Source: a bacterium (GTDB lineage Bacteria; Patescibacteriota; Minisyncoccia; Phycocordibacterales; CAIRYW01). Taken from it: 34,045 nucleotides of DNA. Below, piece by piece: positions 27,022-34,045 of the stretch (positions are counted from its first letter, which is position 1; the number at the start of each line of letters is the position of its first letter). Position numbers and translations under genes: made by a program. The notes below the pieces were generated by a model. That model was not told where the DNA came from, searched no databases, and saw nothing but the letters and a program-made list of their open reading frames with translations. The DNA is taken from contig JAYTUJ010000012.1 of NCBI GenBank assembly GCA_043744615.1, forward strand, positions 1-34,045, in the 5' to 3' direction.

Positions 27022-27702
27022 TTATTTTTTAGGTTTAGTATCACTTATTATTTTACCACCTTCCATTGAAACAACTCGTTTTTGTAAGTTATCAATAATC
27101 CCTTGATTATGTGTTGTTAAAATAACAGTGGTACCCAAATCATTAATTTTTTTAAAAATCTGAATAATATCGTAGGTATTTATTGGATCCAAGTTTCCAG
27201 TCGGCTCATCAGCAATAAGCAAATCGGGTTGATTCACAATAGCTCGTGCAATTGATAATCGCTGTTTTTCACCTCCAGAAAGTTCATGAGGAAAACGGTG
27301 AATTTTTCCTTTTAATCCGACAAGTTCAAGCGCATACGGCACATCTGATTTAATTTCATCGTCGGTTCGACCAGCGGCTTCCATTGCAAATGCAATATTT
27401 TCATACGCATTTAAGTGTGACAGTAAACGAAAATCTTGAAAAACAGTACCGATACGTCGACGATAATCGTTAATTTGATTTCGTTTAAGATTATGAATAT
27501 TTATAGATTCAAAATAAATATTTCCTTCAGATGGCTTATCCTCGCCAAGAATCATTTTTAATAATGTTGTTTTTCCTGCTCCCGAATGACCAACAATAGA
27601 CACAAATTCTTTTGGTGAAACCGTAAGGCTCACATTTTCAACAGCGGTAAAATCTTTACCGTTTTTTCCATATTTTTTTGTTACGTTATCAAAAAATATC
27701 AT
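27022..27702 (-). CDS. ftsE: Cell division ATPase FtsE
   Basis: GHSGAGKTT, VFQDFRLL, LSGGEKQR, ADEPTGNLD; start set to ATG 27702. Confidence 0.94.
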   Translation of the reverse strand: MIFFDNVTKKYGKNGKDFTAVENVSLTVSPKEFVSIVGHSGAGKTTLLKMILGEDKPSEGNIYFESINIHNLKRNQINDYRRRIGTVFQDFRLLSHLNAYENIAFAMEAAGRTDDEIKSDVPYALELVGLKGKIHRFPHELSGGEKQRLSIARAIVNQPDLLIADEPTGNLDPINTYDIIQIFKKINDLGTTVILTTHNQGIIDNLQKRVVSMEGGKIISDTKPKK

Positions 27703-27706
27703 AATG

Positions 27707-28639
27707 TTATAATTTTTTTTCGGCTTCGATGAATTCATCGAGTTCGCCATTTAATACAGCGTCGGCATTTCTGACTTCTACGTTTGTTCGGTGATCTTTT
27801 ACTAATTTATATGGATGAAGCACGTATGATCGAATCTGGCTTCCCCACTCGGCATCAACGGTTTTTGAAATATACATCCCTTGTTCTTTCGAAATACGTT
27901 CTGCCTCCCTTAGATTATACAACTTACCTTTCAATAGTTCTAATCCCTTTTCTTTGTTTTGTGCTTGTGAGCGTTCAGAAGTTACGTGAACAGAAAGTTT
28001 TGTTGGCTTATGAACCAATCGCACCGCTGTTTCGCGCTTATTTACGTTTTGCCCCCCTGGGCCTCCTGCTCGCGCAAACGTTACTTCAAGTTCAGTTTCA
28101 GGAATTTCAATATCACTATTTTTTTCAAATTTTGGAATAAACTCAACCATCGAAAAAGATGTTTGCCGTAAACTTTTTGCATTAAATGGTGAAAGTCGAA
28201 CTAAACGATGAACCCCAGATTCTTTTTTTAAAGTGCCAAAAGCATTTTTACCTCTTATTTCAATCGTAATACTTCGATATCCGTCATGATCATTTTTATT
28301 TTCATCAAGAATTGTTGTTGACCATCCGCGACTTGCACAATATTTTGAATACATTTCTAAAAGGATCCGTGAAAAATCTTCTGCATCATCACCACCTGCC
28401 CCCGAAAAAATAGAAAGTACAGCATCACCACGATCAAATGGACCAACGCCTTGCGAAACAAGTTCAAGGTCTTGCATTTCTTTAATCAAAGCCTGTGCTT
28501 TTTGGGAATCACTCCAAAAATTTGCCTCGAGCATTAATGCCTGAATTTCAGCAATTCTTTTTTGAGCAATTTCTTGTGACGAAAGCATATTTGACGACGA
28601 CACCGCCTTAGTTGATGACGTTGCCTTTATTTCTGACAT
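27707..28639 (-). CDS. prfB: Peptide chain release factor 2
   Basis: SPF stop-recognition motif, [16 protein letters not shown]; prfB-ftsEX synteny. Confidence 0.95.
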   Translation of the reverse strand: MSEIKATSSTKAVSSSNMLSSQEIAQKRIAEIQALMLEANFWSDSQKAQALIKEMQDLELVSQGVGPFDRGDAVLSIFSGAGGDDAEDFSRILLEMYSKYCASRGWSTTILDENKNDHDGYRSITIEIRGKNAFGTLKKESGVHRLVRLSPFNAKSLRQTSFSMVEFIPKFEKNSDIEIPETELEVTFARAGGPGGQNVNKRETAVRLVHKPTKLSVHVTSERSQAQNKEKGLELLKGKLYNLREAERISKEQGMYISKTVDAEWGSQIRSYVLHPYKLVKDHRTNVEVRNADAVLNGELDEFIEAEKKL

Positions 28640-28677
28640 CTTTAAATTATATCATGCTTGCTTATACCTTCACCTTG

Positions 28678-28750
28678 AGCCAAAGGCGAGGATCGAACTC
28701 GCGACCCCAGCTTTACGAAAGCTGTGCTCTACCAACTGAGCTACTTTGGC
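28678..28750 (-). tRNA. tRNA-Thr(CGT), CCA not encoded
   Basis: GCCAAAG acceptor, arm CAGCT-TTCGTAA-AGCTG, T-arm GCGAGTTCGATCCTCGC. Confidence 0.96.
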
Positions 28751-28841
28751 CTACTATTTTTATATCGACACTTTTACTCGTACAGTATAAGTCAAAGTGA
28801 GTAAGATAGTAAATAAAATAGCGGATAAAATAAATCTGTAA

Positions 28842-29258
28842 TTAAGCAAAAATCTTGAGCGCAATACGACCTAAGATTTCTCTAACTTCTTGCATATTAG
28901 ATTCTAACTTTTTTTCGATAGAATCAAGCCGGTTTTCTATTACATCAAGACGATTTTCGATTGCATCGAGACGCTTATCTATAGTGTCGAGTCGTTGTTC
29001 AACAATATCAAGACGATTTTCTATTACACTAAATCGTTTATCGATTGCATCAAATTTTTTGTCTATCGCTTCGAATCTCTTATCAATTACCTCAAATTTT
29101 TCATCGATAGCATCAAATTTCTTATCAATAGATTTAAATTTTTCATCGATCTGATCAAATCGATAAAGAGTAACTTCAAAAATATCTTTTGCTTTGCTTG
29201 TTATTCTTGTATCGAGATATTCCTCAAAATACTTCTTTTCTTCTGTTGTAATGCTCAT
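28842..29258 (-). CDS. Heptad-repeat coiled-coil protein
   Basis: Twelve heptads of the form (F/L)xx(I/V)(D/E)x(K/R), arising from degenerate 21-nt repeats. Confidence 0.8.
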   Translation of the reverse strand: MSITTEEKKYFEEYLDTRITSKAKDIFEVTLYRFDQIDEKFKSIDKKFDAIDEKFEVIDKRFEAIDKKFDAIDKRFSVIENRLDIVEQRLDTIDKRLDAIENRLDVIENRLDSIEKKLESNMQEVREILGRIALKIFA

Positions 29259-29371
29259 ACGTTATGTTAATTGTTAAAATAATAAGTATAGAAACTATAA
29301 AACATTGAGTATGAAATTTTAATGAAGAAAGCCTCATTAAAAAATAGATTACAAATCAGAACACAATTTTG

Positions 29372-29444
29372 AGCCGTTGTCCGGGATTGAACCGGAGACC
29401 TCGTCATTACCAATGACGTGCTCTACCAACTGAGCTACAACGGC
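29372..29444 (-). tRNA. tRNA-Thr(GGT), CCA not encoded
   Basis: GCCGTTG acceptor, arm CGTCA-TTGGTAA-TGACG, T-arm TCCGGTTCAATCCCGGA. Confidence 0.96.
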
Positions 29445-29558
29445 CTACTATACACGACACAATTCTCACAAAAAACCTATTTTTGTGTTACGTTGTCTTT
29501 TGTGTCGTCATAGTAATACAATTTTGAAAGATTATCAATAAACACACTTTTAAAACTT

Positions 29559-30752
29559 TTAAAAAGTACTTGTTTGTGGCGAACCGAGACCAGTTACATA
29601 ATCGTAATGCGCTCTGCTTTGGCAAAAATATATACATTGCCCGTTTGTTCCACTCACAATATCTCTAAAATAGTTTTTGTTATCTACTGATGCTTTGTGT
29701 GCATACAAATCATCATGAAAAAACGCTTTTCCAAGAGAACGAATTGCCGCCCATTGCGGAGCACCAGCTGAAGTTCCCCCAACAATCATCCAATATCCGA
29801 GTTGTTTCTGTGGGGTCGCAGAAACTTTTTTTGATTTTGAATTTGATATCGATTTTGAATTTGATTTTGAAACGGTACTTGTAATTCCAGAAAAATAAAT
29901 TGAAAAACCAGTTTGTGGATCTGCGTTATACGAGACATCAGGAATTCCTCTCATACCTTTATTTCTCATAATGTGATATTGCTTTTGATATGATGGTTCT
30001 TTAATGTAAGTACTGACTCCTCCACCGCTTCCGTTCCATGCAGATTCAATAGTATTTTTTATATTAAGATCGTACATCAATGTGGTTCCTCCAACAGAAA
30101 CAACTTTACTTGATACTGATGGCCAAGAAGTACCCGAGCCAGTATCACCTGATGCAGCAAAAAATGTAGCGCCGAAAGAAGATTGAAAATGTGAATCGAG
30201 ATTTTCTTCGGTAGAAAATTCACGTCCACCCCAGCTCATTGATATTGCAACAACATCAGAGAGACTTCGAGCATAATCGACTGCATTCAAAAGACTTTTA
30301 CCGCTTTCATCACTTGCTTCAACTAATAGAATTTTTGCACGTGGAGCAATTGCATGCGCCCATTCGACATCGAGCGTTGTTTCTTGTGCCCAACCAGAAT
30401 TTTTGCGAATAGTCGACGGAGAAATAGTATGAACTTCTAAACAATTATTTTTCACCGTGCATGTTGCAAGAGAAAATTGTGCATCAAAAATACCAAGATC
30501 ATGTTCGATAAAAGGAGTATGGTATGCGTCGATAATTGCAATTGTTCCTTGTCCGGCATCAGAAGGTAAATTGTATGCAGATTTGATCGTTTGCGGAGTT
30601 AACCCTTGTGGTGCTTGAGTTTTAAGCCCAAATACATGAATTGGTGGACGGGCCTTAAACGCATCAATGCTGGTAATTTTTTGTACTTTTGCATCCGAAA
30701 AAATTGGAATACAGCATGCAAAAATTATGTAATATAAATTTTGTTTTTTCAT
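29559..30752 (-). CDS. S53 (sedolisin/kumamolisin-like) peptidase, secreted
   Basis: ETTLDVE (ExxxD), ASGD oxyanion, GGTSAGAP catalytic Ser, YDYVTGLGSP; signal peptide. Confidence 0.9.
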   Translation of the reverse strand: MKKQNLYYIIFACCIPIFSDAKVQKITSIDAFKARPPIHVFGLKTQAPQGLTPQTIKSAYNLPSDAGQGTIAIIDAYHTPFIEHDLGIFDAQFSLATCTVKNNCLEVHTISPSTIRKNSGWAQETTLDVEWAHAIAPRAKILLVEASDESGKSLLNAVDYARSLSDVVAISMSWGGREFSTEENLDSHFQSSFGATFFAASGDTGSGTSWPSVSSKVVSVGGTTLMYDLNIKNTIESAWNGSGGGVSTYIKEPSYQKQYHIMRNKGMRGIPDVSYNADPQTGFSIYFSGITSTVSKSNSKSISNSKSKKVSATPQKQLGYWMIVGGTSAGAPQWAAIRSLGKAFFHDDLYAHKASVDNKNYFRDIVSGTNGQCIYFCQSRAHYDYVTGLGSPQTSTF

Positions 30753-30808
30753 ACCACACACAATAACTTATGGGGTATGAAATCTTTATAAAGTCTTACA
30801 ACGGCTCA

Positions 30809-31996
30809 CTAGTACGCCACCGTTTCTTTTATTTTACAATTATTTTTTAACCATTGTGCATCAAACTCACTGACTGCATGATTAGCACCTTCATATATAT
30901 AGTATGTAGAAGTTTCAGGATCTCGTGGCCCAATAGTAGGCATCGCATTAGTAATTTTTTCAGTTGGACATGCCTGAAGAAGAATTCTTTTTAAAAAGTA
31001 TGAGGAATTTTTGTGTATTAATGTGAGTTCGTATCTAAACACAATATCTCGAATCGAATCGTTTGCGGTTATAAAAAGAAAATTGTTTTTTATAACCATA
31101 TTTTTTATTTGATATTGTTTATACCCAGAAGATTCAATTCCATCGGGCATTACCGAAAAATAATTTGCATGTCCTTTTTCGTTTAGAATAACCAAAAAGT
31201 CACTTCCACACGATGCCGAACACCATGTTCCTTGAGTCACCACATCTTCAAAACCATCATTATTTAAATCCCCTTTTGCAGTAAAGTTAATATCAAGCGA
31301 GCCCCGTCCATCAACAAAACTAAATACGTTATCTGAAATCTTTTTTATTTTATTTCCTTGTGCAGCACTGTTTGCGATAATTGCCGCGTCAATTTGTGCA
31401 TTAGTTAATCTTTTATTATTTTGCAAGGTAGACAAATCAGACGAAGAAATTGCATCAAAAATAAGTGGAAGTTCTACGGTATCAACAACTCCTTGACCCG
31501 AAGGGTTTTCTTCAGAAAAAATAACTTTAAGTGGTGTGTTATCGGGCAAACCAATACCGCCATTATTAAAATTAAGAACTGTAGAAAACAAGGTTGATGT
31601 TGCCATCCAATCGTCAACACTAACAACAACACGTTCTCCGAGTTTTTTCCACCCTGCATTATCAACATTAAAATATAATTGTGCAGAGCCAGCTTGCCCC
31701 TCAAACATTTGCCAATTAAGGCAACCTTCTTTGTGTGTATTATCGATGACACCACTTACTGTTAACGGAAAAACAACCTTTGCATTTGGTTTAACTGACC
31801 TCACTTCAAGTCCGCATACAGTTTCTTGTTCGACTTCATTACCTGTTTGCTGTTGTAGTGGCGATGGAGATAGTGGCAAGACATGTTGCATTGCAAAATC
31901 ATTTTTTTGAATATATACACACACCCCAGCAAAAATAATTGTGGCTACTAAAATTAGTAAAAGACTACTTAATGAACCTTTTTGATAAGTTTTCAT
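30809..31996 (-). CDS. Membrane-anchored surface protein with Gmad2-like Ig domain
   Basis: N-terminal QKG plus TM; FPLTVSG...WQMFEGQ...ENPSG Gmad2-like pattern; GDLNNDGFED Ca-binding-like loop. Confidence 0.6.
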   Translation of the reverse strand: MKTYQKGSLSSLLLILVATIIFAGVCVYIQKNDFAMQHVLPLSPSPLQQQTGNEVEQETVCGLEVRSVKPNAKVVFPLTVSGVIDNTHKEGCLNWQMFEGQAGSAQLYFNVDNAGWKKLGERVVVSVDDWMATSTLFSTVLNFNNGGIGLPDNTPLKVIFSEENPSGQGVVDTVELPLIFDAISSSDLSTLQNNKRLTNAQIDAAIIANSAAQGNKIKKISDNVFSFVDGRGSLDINFTAKGDLNNDGFEDVVTQGTWCSASCGSDFLVILNEKGHANYFSVMPDGIESSGYKQYQIKNMVIKNNFLFITANDSIRDIVFRYELTLIHKNSSYFLKRILLQACPTEKITNAMPTIGPRDPETSTYYIYEGANHAVSEFDAQWLKNNCKIKETVAY

Positions 31997-32017
31997 GTTG
32001 ATAATATATTATACCAT

Positions 32018-33148
32018 TTAAGTTATTATTCTATCTAACAAAGAAGATACTCTGGTCACGATTTCATAATTAATTGTATTAACTTTTTCTGCTAATTCGT
32101 CAGCAGTAACAAATGTCTTGTCTTGATGACCTAATAAAACAACTTCATCTTCTAAATGAACCTTTTTTAATTTAGTTACATCAACTACAAACATATTCAT
32201 GGCCACTCTACCAATAACAGCACACCTTTTTCCTTTAATTAAAACATTTGAATTATTTGAAAAACCCCTATCGTACCCATCGCTATATCCTTGTGGAATT
32301 ATAGCTATTTTCATTTGTCTTTTAGTGATATACGTTAATCCATATCCAATAGGAAAATCTTTAGGAACAATTTTAATCTGGGCTATTTTTGTTACCCACC
32401 TCATCACAGGTTTAAGTAATATATTTTTTGAAAACTTATTTTTTAATGATTCTGAAGGCCACAAACCGTACATGCCAATTCCGAGTCGCAACATATACCC
32501 TCCCCAATTTTTATCTTGATTTGTTAAAAATCCAGAAGTTGCAGATATATGATGATTTATATTTTGAAAACCAAAACCCTTAATTAACTCTTTTGCTTTC
32601 ATAAGTTCTGCAAACTGCTTACGAGCATGATGCATATCATCTACATCTTCAATATTAGAAAAGTGTGAATATATTGCTTCTAATTTAATGTATGTTGTTT
32701 TCTGTATTGCATTAATATACTTTTTTAAGTCTTTTGTGAGAACACCTTGTCTACCTAAAAAAGCATCTATCTTTAGATGAATTTTTATTTGTTTTTTATT
32801 TTTTACTGCAATACTATTTAACGCTTTTATGGTTTCTATATTATAAACACCTAATATTGCATTATATTTAAAAATTAAATCGAGTTGATCAATTGCAACA
32901 TATCCAAAAACTAAAACTGGTTTATTTGTATGTTTTCTAATTTCGATTAATTCTTTAACATCATCAACTTGAAAATAATCAACATGATGTTGGGAAATAG
33001 ATACAACCTCTTTAAGACCGTGTCCGTAAGCATTTGCTTTTACAACAGCAACAAGCGCGTTTTCTTTTGGTAAAACAGATCGAAATTGAGCAATATTATC
33101 AAGAAGATTCTGCCTTGATAATTCAATACGAGACAGAGGAGTTAGCAT
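32018..33148 (-). CDS. alr: Alanine racemase
   Basis: AVVKANAYGHG PLP lysine, SHF, GYG, GYSDG, GRVAMN, TINYE. Confidence 0.96.
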   Translation of the reverse strand: MLTPLSRIELSRQNLLDNIAQFRSVLPKENALVAVVKANAYGHGLKEVVSISQHHVDYFQVDDVKELIEIRKHTNKPVLVFGYVAIDQLDLIFKYNAILGVYNIETIKALNSIAVKNKKQIKIHLKIDAFLGRQGVLTKDLKKYINAIQKTTYIKLEAIYSHFSNIEDVDDMHHARKQFAELMKAKELIKGFGFQNINHHISATSGFLTNQDKNWGGYMLRLGIGMYGLWPSESLKNKFSKNILLKPVMRWVTKIAQIKIVPKDFPIGYGLTYITKRQMKIAIIPQGYSDGYDRGFSNNSNVLIKGKRCAVIGRVAMNMFVVDVTKLKKVHLEDEVVLLGHQDKTFVTADELAEKVNTINYEIVTRVSSLLDRIIT

Positions 33149-33242
33149 GAAAATAGTATATCATTTCCCCGACCAAGAGATTTCATCGATCAAAAGTGAG
33201 CGTTGAGGGTATACAAAATAAAAGGTATCTCTACATTCAAAA

Positions 33243-34045
33243 TCAAATTAAAAACTTAAACATAGGACTACTGCTGTCGAGTAATTCATACGTTAAACCA
33301 ATATTATCCATTTTTTTAAGTAATGGTTTTAAGTCTTCCTTTTTTAATAATTCAATACCAACTAGACTGGGTCCGGTCTCACGATTATTTTTCTTTACAT
33401 ATTCAAAAAGAGTAATGTCGTCATGTTTTCCCAATACTTTATCAAGATACGTACGAAGTGATCCTGCCTTTTGCGAAAACTCAATGACAAAATAATATTT
33501 TAGACCTTGATACACAAGACTTCGTTCAATTATTTCTGGGTACCGACTGATGTCATTATTTCCACCACTGACTACACAAACAATAGTCTTGCCTTTTATT
33601 TCATCTCTCAACATATCTAATGAAGCGACGGAAAGCGCTCCTGCTGGTTCTGTAATTATTCCATCACTTTGATATAAAGAAATCATTTCCTGACAAACTT
33701 TTCCTTCTGGAACCAAAAGCATCTTATCTAATATATTTTTTGAGATTGTATAATTAAGACTGCCTACAGTCTTAACAGCGGCACCATCGACAAACTTTTC
33801 GAGCGAATCTAAGGTTACAACTTTCCCTGCTTTGAGAGCTTTAGTCATCGAAGGAGCACCGAGTGGCTCGACACCCACAAGCTTGATATTTTTATTTCTT
33901 GATTTTGCATAAGAGCCGAGCCCAGCAAGTAAACCTCCACCGCCAACAGGAACAACAACATAATCAATTGGTTCTTGGAGTTGTTCAAATATTTCTATCC
34001 CAACAGTTCCTTGCCCTGCTATCACGTATTCATCGTCAAACGGAT
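33243..34045 (-). CDS. ilvA: Threonine ammonia-lyase, N-terminus outside the window
   Basis: FDDEYVIAGQGT, PVGGGGL, FVDGAAV, EPAGAL, SGGN, one C-terminal regulatory domain. Confidence 0.93.
   Translation of the reverse strand, partial: PFDDEYVIAGQGTVGIEIFEQLQEPIDYVVVPVGGGGLLAGLGSYAKSRNKNIKLVGVEPLGAPSMTKALKAGKVVTLDSLEKFVDGAAVKTVGSLNYTISKNILDKMLLVPEGKVCQEMISLYQSDGIITEPAGALSVASLDMLRDEIKGKTIVCVVSGGNNDISRYPEIIERSLVYQGLKYYFVIEFSQKAGSLRTYLDKVLGKHDDITLFEYVKKNNRETGPSLVGIELLKKEDLKPLLKKMDNIGLTYELLDSSSPMFKFLI

Noticed and set aside
28900-29165. 21-nt periodic repeats as a CRISPR array
   Set aside because: Degenerate tandem coding repeats with no spacers and no cas genes.
1-34045. Genetic code 25 (TGA as Gly)
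   Set aside because: Conserved genes are full length under code 11, RF2 is present, and TGA ends ilvA at a plausible C-terminus.

Overview
AT-rich bacterial window read with the standard genetic code. Gene content points to Patescibacteria/CPR, probably Parcubacteria (inferred from the short ValRS and RF2, the CAP and Gmad2-like surface proteins, and the absence of Shine-Dalgarno motifs). Housekeeping genes (rlmB-like, pseudouridine synthase, lexA, valS, pyrG, ftsEX, prfB, alr, partial ilvA, three tRNAs) are interleaved with two accessory blocks. The first is a toxin-antitoxin cluster downstream of lexA (XRE-Panacea/RelE-like, HicBA, DUF4145). The second is a run of stand-alone genes downstream of tRNA-Gln (HExxH protein, NADAR, VOC, Fic, SGNH, GIY-YIG, YdcF). 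The strongest observations are: (1) a GAAC-N4-GTTC palindrome filling the spacer of a near-consensus promoter that drives an unknown small protein ahead of lexA; (2) extended -10 boxes 6-7 nt before many ATGs, implying leaderless mRNAs; (3) a GC-rich multi-stem intergenic element; (4) an in-frame GCGAAGC hairpin inside a methyltransferase; (5) a secreted protein with a Verrucomicrobia-like C-terminal motif. All family calls come from motif recognition by eye; no database searches were run.
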